64,000 nt of DNA from a virus. Lineage: Duplodnaviria; Caudoviricetes. A program made the position numbers and the translations under genes. Position 1 is the first letter of the stretch; each line of letters opens with the position of its first letter. The stretch covers positions 1 to 64,000 of the IMG/VR virus record IMGVR_UViG_3300023194_000002; one strand, 5' to 3'. Below the pieces are notes generated by a model that saw only the letters and a program-made list of their open reading frames with translations, did no database searches and was not told the DNA's origin. This document shows, piece after piece, positions 29,024-38,911 of this stretch.

Positions 29024-30019
29024 ATGGCACTGACACGCTCTCGCGGACGGCTAGGTCTATTAGTCGTCTCTATGGTGGGCACGATCGCATGCTTAGGCAG
29101 CGGCGTACTGCCGTGTCCCGTTTGCCCGGACCCGTCGTTAGACAGTGTCGTGGGCGAGTGGACGACGCTGAAAAACTGGGACTTCGGCACGGGCGCTGGC
29201 AACAACATCACGACGATTGCTGCCGTGAAGTCGGAGTTCAACGCGTACCAAGTGTTCGGTACGTACAACGTCGGCGACGGTAAATACGGCGCTGACACCG
29301 TTGCGTTCGATGCGGGGTCTGCACTCTCGGGGCAACCTATAGATACCGTGGTTAGCAGCACGGCCACTCGCTATCGCGAGCTGAACGCCAACAGCCTGAT
29401 CGTGCATGTGAGGCCGAAGAGCGACTCGCAGACAACTGTGGGCCCCGCTCATCTGCATGACGCTGCCACGGGCAGCATCTACAGCAAATACCTATACCAG
29501 CACACGAACACCAAGGATCTGCGCTGGTCCACGCGATTCCGATTGAACACGGTAGCCAAGGGCTACTGGTTCGCGATCTGGAACGTTTCGCAGACCTGGA
29601 ATAACGGCCCCGAGATGGACTTGATCGAGGCCTTCTCGGCGTGGGACTGCTGCGTCGGCAATTTCTGGCATTCGGATGTCGTGACCGGCAATGGTGGTTA
29701 TTTCGGCACCAACGCGATCAACTACTGGCCCGCATGGGGGCCTGCGTTGTCGAGCACCGGAGTCAATCCAGACCTGACGCAATGGCACGACCTCGTGTTG
29801 ACGTATTTCCACGACGACACGTACGTCATTACGTACGACGGAAAGACTATCCAGAAGGGCGTATACCACTGGAGCTCGCAGCCGTTTCAGTTCTTGTTTG
29901 AATACAGCGTCGGGCACACCGAGGTGTCCGACTATCAAAGCTTCGTGATGCCCGTGTCAGCGTTCCCGCTCGACATGGAGGTCGACTATTCGCGAGTTGA
30001 GGAGAGGGAGATCTTATGA
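29024..30019 (+). CDS. GH16-like glycoside hydrolase with signal/lipoprotein-like N-terminus
   Basis: GYWFAIW...PEMDLIE (ExDxxE), WHDLVL..ITYDG. Confidence 0.7.
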   Translation: MALTRSRGRLGLLVVSMVGTIACLGSGVLPCPVCPDPSLDSVVGEWTTLKNWDFGTGAGNNITTIAAVKSEFNAYQVFGTYNVGDGKYGADTVAFDAGSALSGQPIDTVVSSTATRYRELNANSLIVHVRPKSDSQTTVGPAHLHDAATGSIYSKYLYQHTNTKDLRWSTRFRLNTVAKGYWFAIWNVSQTWNNGPEMDLIEAFSAWDCCVGNFWHSDVVTGNGGYFGTNAINYWPAWGPALSSTGVNPDLTQWHDLVLTYFHDDTYVITYDGKTIQKGVYHWSSQPFQFLFEYSVGHTEVSDYQSFVMPVSAFPLDMEVDYSRVEEREIL

Positions 30020-30630
30020 CTTATGCACCTCATGTTCCTGGAAGCGCGCGTCCTACAACCTTGATCAGCATTTCGACGTCGCGAACGAGCGGCGCAAAGC
30101 TTCCTGGCGCACTCGATGTCGCGCTCGAGCACAGCCCGCGCCTAAAGCGTTTCCTCGCCATCGCTCCGATCGTGGCTGCAACAGCGTGCATGCTCTCATG
30201 CTGCAGCGCGCTGAGCACGGTGGAGCATGTGCTCACGAGCGGGGATATTTCGCGCGCTCTGCAGGCTGCGGCGACAGCTGCGCCCAGTGCGGAGGCTTCC
30301 GTGAAGGCCCTGCTGAGCGCGTGGGAGGCCGGCGACAACGATGGATTTGGAGCTGCAGTACCATGCGCGGTAGAAGCGCTCTCGAACGCCCGTGACGCCG
30401 TTGCGGCGGCGGACAAAGACGCTGCGGCGCTGGAGGTTTTTGATCGCGTCGTCTCCATGCTGCGCGTGATCGCCGGATCAGAGAGCTGCACGCAGGCAAG
30501 CACGGGAACGGTTGCGGTGACAGCTTCAGCTTTGAAGCTGACGCCAGCAAACAAACCTGACAAGCTCGTGCTGCCGATGCCGCTCCCGCTGGAGCTGTAT
30601 CCAGGCGGCAAGGACTTAAATAATCAATGA
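30016..30630 (+). CDS. Hypothetical membrane/lipoprotein (possible spanin)
   Basis: Hydrophobic stretch followed by Cys; Ala-rich helix; upstream of holin-like ORF. Confidence 0.4.
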   Translation: MTYAPHVPGSARPTTLISISTSRTSGAKLPGALDVALEHSPRLKRFLAIAPIVAATACMLSCCSALSTVEHVLTSGDISRALQAAATAAPSAEASVKALLSAWEAGDNDGFGAAVPCAVEALSNARDAVAAADKDAAALEVFDRVVSMLRVIAGSESCTQASTGTVAVTASALKLTPANKPDKLVLPMPLPLELYPGGKDLNNQ

Positions 30631-30875
30631 CGAGCTCGACAGCGTTTCGCATCGCCCTCTTTGTACTCGGCGCCGCCACCGCGGTAGTCGAAGCCCTCTC
30701 GAATCTGCCGAAGCTCGACAGCTCGGCAGTGATCACAGCGATCGCAACCACTGCGATGGGTTACGCCGTCCGCTACCATGCGGATGTGGCTGCAAAGGCG
30801 CAGCAAACCAAGGTGCAGACGTCGGCGCCTGACAAGCCCGTAGCGCAAATGGCGCCGACGCCTGACGACGAGTGA
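30627..30875 (+). CDS. Putative holin
   Basis: 82 aa, two hydrophobic segments, last gene before terminator. Confidence 0.5.
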   Translation: MTSSTAFRIALFVLGAATAVVEALSNLPKLDSSAVITAIATTAMGYAVRYHADVAAKAQQTKVQTSAPDKPVAQMAPTPDDE

Positions 30876-30900
30876 GAGTCCGTGCTTTGGTGGCATGCAG

Positions 30901-30939
30901 AGCCGGTGCCGCTGTTGCGGTGTCGGCTTTTTGTTTGTT
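30901..30939 (+). terminator. Rho-independent terminator ending the late operon
   Basis: AGCCGGTGCCGC-TGTT-GCGGTGTCGGCT stem (3 G-U pairs) followed by TTTTGTTTGTT. Confidence 0.7.
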
Positions 30940-30951
30940 AGGTGGTGAGAT

Positions 30952-32289
30952 ATGGCGTTGAGTGCACAGGCCTATGAGGTGCTTACAGAGCTGTTCAACA
31001 TACTCAGCGCCTGCATGGCGAAGGAGCGCGCGAACAGCAATGCGGCATACACCCAGGTTGCGGCGCTCGACGAATTGCGGAAGGGTGGATATGTGCCAAC
31101 CGACGAGGAGAGCGCTGTGTACTCGCAGCTGTTCAATGCGGATTTGAGTTGGGACATATTCAACAAGCTGCGCGAGAAAATAGAGACCGTGCAGGCAGGC
31201 GGAGACGCGTTCGACGGATCTGGAGATTCTGGATCTGGCAGCGGTAGCGATGGTAGCGGCGGAAGCGGTGACGGCGATTCTTCTAGCGGCGGAGATTCAG
31301 GCGGAGACAGCTCGGGTGGTGATTCCAGTGGAAGCACGTCTACCACCAAGTGGCTGGCCATCTATTGCAGCGGATACGGCGCGAACCACGAAGGCGACAC
31401 ATCGACGCTCGCGTTCGAGTCGTGGCTAGGGCGCAGCGTAGATTACGTGATCGACTTCGGCGCGCATGAACTGCAGGCGAACAACGCGCAAGGCGCGTGG
31501 GGCAACTACCTTGGATCGATCACGTGGGGCGTGAATCAGTGGACGATTGGCAGACCCGTTATCTGGGCCATTCCGATCATCCCTAATAGCGACCAATATG
31601 GGCAGCACACAGGCGCCAATATGGCGGACGCTGCGAACAACGCCTATGCGGCGTATTGGCGACAGCTCGCGCAAGCAATCTATAACAAGCAGGGGCCGGG
31701 CCAGATCGTCAGAATCGGTTGGGAATATCAGGGTGACTGGTACCCCTGGGGACGCAACCGCAACCAGCTCGGAATCAACAACTCGGTGCTATCGACTGCA
31801 ACCTATGAGGCGTATTACAAGGCCGCGTTCCAAAATATCGTCGCCGCGTTCAGATCGGTGGACCCAACGTTCAAGTTCACCTGGAACCCGAATCTGCAAA
31901 ACCAGTGGCAGTGGATGGATTTGCAGCTGGAAAACTCATATCCGGGTGATTCGTTCGTCGATTACGTTGGACTGGACGTCTACGAGCAATCGTCATGGAG
32001 CGAGACGGATGCTACGACGCGCTTCAACAACCAGGTGCTGAATGCAAAGTATGGGCTGAAATGGCTCGCTTCGTTCGGCGCGCAGCACGGAAAACGGCTG
32101 TGCATTCCCGAGTGGGGCGTCGGTCAGAAGGGCGACAACCCGACGATGATCCATTTGATGGCGGACTTCATCGAGGCAAATGATGTCGCCTGGCACGCGT
32201 ACTGGAACGGCGGCGTCGATTTCTACAACGGGCTGCTAGACAATTTTCCAAACCAGAAGGCTGCGTATAAGCAGCGGTTTGGATGGTGA
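30952..32289 (+). CDS. GH26-like glycoside hydrolase with N-terminal helical domain and Gly/Ser linker
   Basis: RIGWEYQGDWYPW, YPGDSFVDYVGLDVY, CIPEWGV. Confidence 0.85.
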   Translation: MALSAQAYEVLTELFNILSACMAKERANSNAAYTQVAALDELRKGGYVPTDEESAVYSQLFNADLSWDIFNKLREKIETVQAGGDAFDGSGDSGSGSGSDGSGGSGDGDSSSGGDSGGDSSGGDSSGSTSTTKWLAIYCSGYGANHEGDTSTLAFESWLGRSVDYVIDFGAHELQANNAQGAWGNYLGSITWGVNQWTIGRPVIWAIPIIPNSDQYGQHTGANMADAANNAYAAYWRQLAQAIYNKQGPGQIVRIGWEYQGDWYPWGRNRNQLGINNSVLSTATYEAYYKAAFQNIVAAFRSVDPTFKFTWNPNLQNQWQWMDLQLENSYPGDSFVDYVGLDVYEQSSWSETDATTRFNNQVLNAKYGLKWLASFGAQHGKRLCIPEWGVGQKGDNPTMIHLMADFIEANDVAWHAYWNGGVDFYNGLLDNFPNQKAAYKQRFGW

Positions 32290-32293
32290 CCGC

Positions 32294-32575
32294 ATGAGTC
32301 GATCGCGCCGCAACAAGCCTAGGAAGTGCCTGCACTCAGCCCGTCCGCGCAAGGGGCATGACGACTACCACTGCGACTTATGCCTGGAGAACGCGCTGCA
32401 TAAGCACATCCGGCAAGCGCAACTTCACGATGACGAGTCTGGCTCTCGCGAGCAGATGGCATCCGCCCGCAGGGTGAGCCCGTTTGCTGCGCCCGGCGGC
32501 ACCGGGAACATGGGGTATGGACTGCACACGTATCGTGACATCCAGGCTGGCTGGCGCACGAGGCGTACGCGATGA
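32294..32575 (+). CDS. Hypothetical basic Cys/His protein
   Basis: ORF follows GH26; no family recognised. Confidence 0.4.
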   Translation: MSRSRRNKPRKCLHSARPRKGHDDYHCDLCLENALHKHIRQAQLHDDESGSREQMASARRVSPFAAPGGTGNMGYGLHTYRDIQAGWRTRRTR

Positions 32576-32826
32576 GCCGATCCAGAAAGAGCAAGCTTTG
32601 TCGCACATGCGGCCTTTGTCGATATATCTCAGGAAGCACGCGCTACCGGCGCATTCGCGACCGAGATGCAGACGCCTCCTGCGTGAAGACATCCGTGAAT
32701 CGACTCAAGCAGCGCGATCAGGTCTTTTTGCCAGATTGCCGGTTTGTGAACCCGCGCTGCGCCCGAGATGAGAGATCGGGCCCCAAATATCAAAATGTGA
32801 TATTTGGGCGTTTTGAAGGTTTCGAG

Positions 32827-33117
32827 CTATGCGGGTGCGTTTCGCTCAAGCCATTCAATATCGCCGCCGCTGATCCAGTAGTGAGTCCTGCACGGGATCT
32901 GATAGTTGCCGATCGACGGGCTAAGCGACGGGCCGCATGGCGCATCCGCAAACGTCCACCCTGTCGGACCGAGAGGTGTCACTACCTTGTTTCCGCATCC
33001 GCAAGCACAGAGGTGAATCGCGACGTCGAACTCGTCCGAGACGTACAGGATGCCGGGTTCCAGATCCTCTGGCATGTACCGGACGTGCCGGAGACCTAGT
33101 CTTGTTAGCTTTGCCAT
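32827..33117 (-). CDS. DUF6527-like Cys/His protein
   Basis: IHLCACGCGNKVVTPL..GW..SLSPSIGNYQIPCRTHYWI. Confidence 0.75.
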   Translation of the reverse strand: MAKLTRLGLRHVRYMPEDLEPGILYVSDEFDVAIHLCACGCGNKVVTPLGPTGWTFADAPCGPSLSPSIGNYQIPCRTHYWISGGDIEWLERNAPA

Positions 33118-33371
33118 CGCCGCTGACCATGTTACCCATTTTGCCGACGCCAGCAAAATGGTAGATTGCCTCTCGGCAACGCACGCCGCCGGCAATCCGG
33201 TTTCACACAACTCGCCGCATAGGCATTGGCCCGCTGAGCTCCCCAGCTCGCGGGCCTTTTCGTTGCTGCAGCTGATCGGCAGCGTCCATACGTGTAGACG
33301 ACGCTACTAGTCGATACTGTCCAATCGACCCTGGAAGCTGATCCCGAAAACGTAAAGGCGCACTTGCCGCT

Positions 33372-33791
33372 TTACCCAAAATCCGCCCAGGACCATGGAG
33401 GCTCATCGCGGGTGTCGCCGTCCTGGTCTGGCGGCGGCGCAAGCGTTTTAGAATACTCCAAAAGCCAGTGCGAAAGCGCTGACTCGGCCGTCAACATCAC
33501 GCGCTCCGCGATGTCGAGCGCGCCGTCGACCGTCCCTCTTAAGAAGGAGGAATGGCCCGTTGGGGGACTGAAATAGATACGATACACCCAGAGCAGCTTC
33601 TCCTCGCCATGAGCAAGCGGAGAAAGCTCGTCTGTCTCGGGGTCAAGCGAGAACAGTTCTCCCGTGTCCGAATCGCATTCGTCGGCAAAGGAATGGGTGA
33701 TCGTGCAGAAGAATACTCCCGATTGCGCTGTATATTCGGCGTCCGAGACGCCGGGGTCTAATGGCTCCTCTTCTTTCCATTGTAGCTTCAT
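33372..33791 (-). CDS. Hypothetical acidic protein
   Basis: ORF MKLQWKEEEPLD...; no family recognised. Confidence 0.55.
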   Translation of the reverse strand: MKLQWKEEEPLDPGVSDAEYTAQSGVFFCTITHSFADECDSDTGELFSLDPETDELSPLAHGEEKLLWVYRIYFSPPTGHSSFLRGTVDGALDIAERVMLTAESALSHWLLEYSKTLAPPPDQDGDTRDEPPWSWADFG

Positions 33792-33902
33792 GCGTGGGCC
33801 CCTCTTATTTAATCGCAAACCGTTTCCGCTCACTACAGGAGCAGCAAACGCCTGTATATGCAGCGTTTGCTTATTTAAGCAGAACATCCGCTGTGCGAGC
33901 CG

Positions 33903-34283
33903 CTACCGAGAAACGCCAACCTCGAAGCCGTGCACCTTCAGTCGTCGTGCGCAATCCCACGTGCCGCGGCTATCCGGCCCGGGCAGCGCCAGACAGATAA
34001 CATCCCAGCCGTGATCACGGGCCTCTGCGGCTTTGTCCGCGATGCGCTGATTGCGTTCGAGCAGCGCGACTCGGGTGCGCGGGCCTTCGACGCGCATCAC
34101 GCGTAGAGGCTTGCCCGCGGCCGTCGCGATCTCGACTGCGAGCGCGTCAGCTCCAGTCGGGCAGTCACCGACGATCACGACGTCGGCCAGCGCCGTAATC
34201 GTGGCATCGATATCGGCGCGCTGATTGGCCGTGAGCTCTCCACGCGTGCCCGTGATCACGACTGCGGTGCGAGGCTTGGTCAT
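33903..34283 (-). CDS. SLOG/YspA-like (DUF2493) protein
   Basis: VVITGTRG, GDCPTGADALA, RNQRI, SRGTWDC; ATG overlaps FtsK stop. Confidence 0.8.
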   Translation of the reverse strand: MTKPRTAVVITGTRGELTANQRADIDATITALADVVIVGDCPTGADALAVEIATAAGKPLRVMRVEGPRTRVALLERNQRIADKAAEARDHGWDVICLALPGPDSRGTWDCARRLKVHGFEVGVSR

Positions 34284-36451
34284 GGATTGAGCACAGGCCG
34301 TTGGTTCTTCTGCGCGGGATCCATGGGCCCGAGGATGCCCTCGCGCTCCAGCTGCATCAGTGCACGTTTGGCGCGTGGCTGGCCGATCGACATTTCGCAC
34401 ATCACTGCGCTGACAGACACCCAGCGTTGTCCTCGGACGTACGTCAGTAATCGATTGTGCAGCTCATCATCACTCAGCTGCACGGGCGCTGCTGGTGCAG
34501 CGGGCTCGGTTGTGGTGGGCGTCTCGATGACAGCCTGTTTACCGCTCTGCGCGCGCCATGCGGCGCATACGGCCTTCACCTCGTCCGGGCTGATATACGC
34601 GCTGTGCACGCGCTGCCATTCGGTCGACCCAGGCAGCATGCAGAGGCTATCTCCACGACCGAGTAGCTTTTCGGCGCCGCGGATGTCCATGACGGTCTCG
34701 CTGTCTTTGCCGGATGACACCTTGTAGGTGATACGAGTGGAGAAGTTGGCTTTGATAATGCCAGTAACGACATCCACGCTCGGGCGCTGCGTTGCGAGTA
34801 TGAGGTGCATTCCGGCTGCGCGTCCCTCTGCGGCGATGCGTGAGATCAGCAGTTCAGCCTCTTTTGCCTGAGAGATGAATGACGCGAACTCATCGATCGC
34901 GATCACGACGCGGTGATAGGGCGCATTGGACCGCGCGTTGTATTCAGCGATCTCCGACTCGCCGACTGCAGCCATGGTGGTGTAGCGGCGTTCCATCTCC
35001 TCGAGCGCCCATCGGAGCAATGCAATCCCGTCTGCAGACTGCACCGCGATCGGCGCGAGCAAATGAGGGATGCCAGCGTAGCGCGATAGCTCGACGCGTT
35101 TGGGGTCGATCATCAAGATGCGCATCTCGCTAGGTTTGCGCGTGAGCAACAGTGCCGTGAGCCAGCAGTTGAGGCCGACGCTCTTGCCTGAACCGGTGGT
35201 GCCAGCGACCAACAAGTGTGGAGCGCTGGCGAGATCGAGATACACGGGCGTGCGATCTGGAGCGAGGCCGAGCGGCATGGGGAGTGCGGCCGAGCGGCGA
35301 AGCGCGGTCCACTCGTCGCACTCCATCAGTTCACGCAGCATGACCGTCTGACGATCCTCCTCGTCGAGTGGGACCTCCATTAGGGTGACCTTCCCGCGCT
35401 GAGTTACGTTCACATGCAGCGTGTCGAGCGCCTGCGCGATCTCGGGCGCGAGCTTCTTGATCGTGCTGATTTTCGTTCCTGCAGGTGGCTCGTACTCGTA
35501 ATACGCGAGCATCGGCCCCACGTCGCCGCCAGAGACCTGGCCGCCGATGATCTCGTGCTGGTAGAGCGCACGCGTGATCTTTTTGCGGCCGGCGTCGAGC
35601 GCGCGCTGCTTGCCTGCTTTTGTGCGCTCCTTCGGTGTTGCGAGGCGCCGAATGTCCGGGAGTACGTACACAACGGGAGCAGCGTTTGGCGCTGCAATTC
35701 CCGGTAAATCCTGCTCATCGCTGTCCACCGAGGACTCGATGATGTCCGGACCGTTGTCCACGCTGTTGTCCGGCGCGTAGTCCCTCACATCAACGATGCG
35801 AGCACGCGGCGTCGGCAGCGGAGGGCGCTTCGACGGCGCCGGGTGTGACGCGGGCACCGACTCGCGCACAGTCTCTCCGTGCGTGTCGATCACGGCCTGA
35901 GGCGCGTACACACGGGGCCGTGCAGCAGCGGACGGAGCGGGTGCACGCGTAGACGCAGACAGCGCACGCGCAGCAGCAGCCTGACGCTCGATTTCACGAG
36001 CGCGAGTCCATTCGGAGGCGAACCGACGGGCCATCGAGCCGACGCGCGCGCTCAGCTGCTGCGCATGCGCAGGGCCCATAGCGCGCCGCGCAATTGCCAC
36101 CAGCACGATGGCCAGCAGTACGTAGGCCCCGAGCCCGAAGCCGCGATGAAGCCCCCCGCCCACCATTGAGCCGACGTGCCCAGACGGCGCGCCCAGCAGA
36201 TCGAGCGTCGCGGGCAGGCCCACGAGCGACAGGCTCCACCACACGCGCACGATGCCGGGGCTGCGCTGGCTGACAGTCCACCACGACTCCGCGGCGAGCC
36301 AGCCCACACAGCACCATGTGGCCCAGCCGAATGACGATGATAGCCACGCAGCAAGGCCATCCCCTGCGCGACCGAGTAGGCCGGCCAGCGCTGAGGCGAG
36401 CAGCAGCGCTGTGCCGGCGTAGGTGATTGCGTCCTTGCTGCGGCGGGTCAT
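34280..36451 (-). CDS. ftsK: Full-length FtsK/SpoIIIE-like DNA translocase (N-terminal TMs, motor, C-terminal gamma wHTH)
   Basis: Walker A GTTGSGKS, IAIDEF, HLILATQRPSVDVVTGIIKANF, GAEKLLGRGD; C-terminal DDELH...REGILGP. Confidence 0.93.
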   Translation of the reverse strand: MTRRSKDAITYAGTALLLASALAGLLGRAGDGLAAWLSSSFGWATWCCVGWLAAESWWTVSQRSPGIVRVWWSLSLVGLPATLDLLGAPSGHVGSMVGGGLHRGFGLGAYVLLAIVLVAIARRAMGPAHAQQLSARVGSMARRFASEWTRAREIERQAAAARALSASTRAPAPSAAARPRVYAPQAVIDTHGETVRESVPASHPAPSKRPPLPTPRARIVDVRDYAPDNSVDNGPDIIESSVDSDEQDLPGIAAPNAAPVVYVLPDIRRLATPKERTKAGKQRALDAGRKKITRALYQHEIIGGQVSGGDVGPMLAYYEYEPPAGTKISTIKKLAPEIAQALDTLHVNVTQRGKVTLMEVPLDEEDRQTVMLRELMECDEWTALRRSAALPMPLGLAPDRTPVYLDLASAPHLLVAGTTGSGKSVGLNCWLTALLLTRKPSEMRILMIDPKRVELSRYAGIPHLLAPIAVQSADGIALLRWALEEMERRYTTMAAVGESEIAEYNARSNAPYHRVVIAIDEFASFISQAKEAELLISRIAAEGRAAGMHLILATQRPSVDVVTGIIKANFSTRITYKVSSGKDSETVMDIRGAEKLLGRGDSLCMLPGSTEWQRVHSAYISPDEVKAVCAAWRAQSGKQAVIETPTTTEPAAPAAPVQLSDDELHNRLLTYVRGQRWVSVSAVMCEMSIGQPRAKRALMQLEREGILGPMDPAQKNQRPVLNP

Positions 36452-36582
36452 GGGCGGCACTCCTGGAGCAATTGAAGCGCGATGCAGGTCGCACAGCGGC
36501 GCTCGAGGAGCGCGCAGAACACGCCGCCTGCTGCAGCTGTGATGAGCATGGTGATCACGATCGCGCGGCTCATGGGCGTCAT
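36448..36582 (-). CDS. Small membrane protein (44 aa), absent from ORF track
   Basis: MTPMSRAIVITMLITAAAGGVFCALL...; overlapping start/stop codons on both sides. Confidence 0.65.
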   Translation of the reverse strand: MTPMSRAIVITMLITAAAGGVFCALLERRCATCIALQLLQECRP

Positions 36583-36812
36583 GGTGGTGTCCTCACAGAT
36601 CGGCAGAACGCGCAGGTGCACCCCTGCTTTGCGCGCGGATATGACCTGCCGTATTGGTCGAACGAGAAGCCGTGCGGCGCCTCGTCTCGCGGTCGAGGTG
36701 GTAGAGGCGGATTGTCAGATGCCCGCAGCGACGCGAGCAGCACGAGCCACCCGCGACGCAGTACACGTGCGATCTGCACCCCGAGCGCGTCTAGTAGGTC
36801 GTAGAGCATCAC
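36579..36812 (-). CDS. Small protein with C-terminal CxCxxC
   Basis: Translationally coupled to both neighbours. Confidence 0.6.
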   Translation of the reverse strand: MMLYDLLDALGVQIARVLRRGWLVLLASLRASDNPPLPPRPRDEAPHGFSFDQYGRSYPRAKQGCTCAFCRSVRTPP

Positions 36813-36979
36813 GACTCCCCGCGATCGCCGTCGTACGAGTAGTCATAGGACTCGACACGATCGCGATGACCGCCTACGCGGATCGGCACGAAGTAGCCAT
36901 GGGGCGCGGTCGACTCCAAATAGAGGCCGACCGCGATCGTCACGAACCATGTCAAAAAGAGGCCCTGCCAAAAGGTCAT
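36809..36979 (-). CDS. Small membrane protein
   Basis: MTFWQGLFLTWFVTIAVGLYL; coupled. Confidence 0.6.
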   Translation of the reverse strand: MTFWQGLFLTWFVTIAVGLYLESTAPHGYFVPIRVGGHRDRVESYDYSYDGDRGES

Positions 36980-37389
36980 CGGCCCCTCCGGACGTGCATG
37001 CGCGTGCGCGCTGGTCTCTCGGGCTCGGGCTCGTAGTCCCAGTCGTCGCGCTGCTGGTCCCAGATGCCGTCTGGGCCTGGGGAGTAGAACCCAGCACGCA
37101 CAGATCCGCCCGTACGCACAGGGTCGTGTGTATCCCGACGCGCGGTCTCTCCCGTCGATGACCACCAGCCGCCGATCGCCATCGCCAGCACGGCGATCAG
37201 GATCATGAGGGGTACTGATGAGATCGTCTCTACAGCTGCGGCGGCGGCGGGTGCAGGCGGATCCGTGGGCGTGATTGCCCTCAGCCGGTCCAGCGCGTCG
37301 GACTTCGACGCCCGGGCCTTGATTTCGGCGAGGTGCTGCTCGGCCATCTCGGCCTCGATCTGCAGTCTCATTGTGTCGTTTGATGCCAT
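36976..37389 (-). CDS. Single-pass membrane protein with N-terminal coiled coil
   Basis: AAGGAGA RBS; LMILIAVLAMAIGGWW TM segment. Confidence 0.7.
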   Translation of the reverse strand: MASNDTMRLQIEAEMAEQHLAEIKARASKSDALDRLRAITPTDPPAPAAAAAVETISSVPLMILIAVLAMAIGGWWSSTGETARRDTHDPVRTGGSVRAGFYSPGPDGIWDQQRDDWDYEPEPERPARTRMHVRRGR

Positions 37390-37492
37390 TTGTCTCCTTT
37401 CGTGCAAATCGTATGCGTTTGCATAGATTGTATACAATGTATCAGACGTTGACGCTCGCCACGTTCGCTGTGACAGTAGCGGACGCTTACAC

Positions 37493-37708
37493 ATGACTAA
37501 GAAGCCCCGAGAATCCGTCTCGCTCCGCCTATCCCCCGAGATCATCGAGGAGGTGGACGAGATCATCGCGCTCGCTCAGTCGATCCTCGGCACGGAGGCG
37601 ATGACGCGACCTGCCATCTATAGAGAGATCGTGCAGGCTGGGGCGAAAGCCGTGCGGGCTAAGTACGAAGCGCTGGCTAAGCACCAGGCTTCGCAGAAGA
37701 AGCGCTAG
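37493..37708 (+). CDS. Ribbon-helix-helix regulator
   Basis: ESVSLRLSPEIIEEVD; divergent from FtsK operon. Confidence 0.7.
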   Translation: MTKKPRESVSLRLSPEIIEEVDEIIALAQSILGTEAMTRPAIYREIVQAGAKAVRAKYEALAKHQASQKKR

Positions 37709-38556
37709 GCCACTCCCCTCCTGCTCGGCAGTCGCGTCACCTGACTCTCAGGCTCGCTCTCCATCGAGGGCATGAGCGCTCGGCGACGCAGGTCACCGAG
37801 CTGAACGGCAGACATGATCAACGGTCGAGGTCCACCAGGCACGGGTGCGCCGACGACGCCGTCAGCCTCCAGCCGAGCCACCGTGCGGGCGATTTTGTCC
37901 GTGCCCATGCGCAGGTCACGCTTCAGGGCTGCCCCGCTGCACTGGCCAGCGCGGGCGATGTAATCGAGCACGCCGGCATACTCGGCGTCAGGGGATGTGG
38001 TGGCTAGGGGTGGCTCGTCTACCATCGCCTGCAGGGCTGCCCTGGTCGCCTGCGCTGGCAGAGCAGCCCTGGCCGGCTTCGGGCGAGGGGCTGGCACCGC
38101 GATCACCTCGATGTCGGTCGCTCGGTCCGCGGCATCCTGCAGGGCTGCCTGGCAGGCTGCCCCGGTAGCGTTAATCAGCACCAGGACCGCGAGCGCGGCC
38201 AGGTCCACCCACGGATGGAGCTGCACCGCGACGATGCCCTCGGTCAGGGCAACCAGCCCAATAGCGTGGCTGACCGGCCAGTGCCGGCGGAAGAGGTCGA
38301 CCCCGACGCGGAACACCGTTGGTGAGGAGGCGTAGAGACCTAGACCCCACAGGTACCAGTAGGGGTTCTCGGGACCAGCAAAGGTAATCTCGCCATCCTG
38401 CCAGGTGATCAGGTGGCCGAGGTGGCTCAGCGCATAGAGCGCGAGCGGGATAGCCGCGCCGATGGGCGCAGCCATCAGGGCAGCACCGGGGTTGCGGCGA
38501 GCGATCCTCAGCTGATGGAACAGCCCGGGTCGCTCGCTCGTGTGCATCGTGTCCAT
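37705..38556 (-). CDS. Multi-pass membrane protein with C-terminal FtsK-gamma-like winged helix
   Basis: Several hydrophobic segments; EYAGVLDYIARAGQCSGAALKRDLRMGTDKIARTVARLEADGVVG. Confidence 0.7.
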   Translation of the reverse strand: MDTMHTSERPGLFHQLRIARRNPGAALMAAPIGAAIPLALYALSHLGHLITWQDGEITFAGPENPYWYLWGLGLYASSPTVFRVGVDLFRRHWPVSHAIGLVALTEGIVAVQLHPWVDLAALAVLVLINATGAACQAALQDAADRATDIEVIAVPAPRPKPARAALPAQATRAALQAMVDEPPLATTSPDAEYAGVLDYIARAGQCSGAALKRDLRMGTDKIARTVARLEADGVVGAPVPGGPRPLIMSAVQLGDLRRRALMPSMESEPESQVTRLPSRRGVA

Positions 38557-38746
38557 ACGTATCAATCGTATACGAAACGCACGCCAGGGCAACCAGCCAC
38601 CCTTGGCCGGGTCGCCTGCATGTGAGGGACCCGGCCAGGCAATGGTCAGAGCAGGTGATGGCTACCGGTGGATGAGCTACCGGGGGAGATGTGATGACGT
38701 CTCGCTGGACCGCCCCCCGGCATCCTGTGATAATAGGAGCCGCCCT

Positions 38747-38911
38747 ATGTCGACCAAACAACAACCCGTCATCGATGTCCCTATGCAGTCCGATGCCGAG
38801 CGCGCCGAAGACAGCGCAGTTGTGACGCGTGACGCTCACGATGCGTTCGTGTGGTCGGCCGCGCGCATTATGCTGGCGTTCGACGAGACCTTCCGACGGC
38901 TTGCCGAGTGA
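38747..38911 (+). CDS. Putative Phd-type antitoxin
   Basis: 54 aa ending FDETFRRLAE; overlaps doc start (GTGA). Confidence 0.6.
   Translation: MSTKQQPVIDVPMQSDAERAEDSAVVTRDAHDAFVWSAARIMLAFDETFRRLAE

Noticed and set aside
30952-32289. GH26 as the endolysin
   Set aside because: A terminator separates it from the holin-like gene and GH26 is not a known peptidoglycan hydrolase family
32941-33004. Self-target of the mini-array spacer (CGCATCCGC matches)
   Set aside because: Only 9-10 nt of identity in GC-rich DNA, expected by chance
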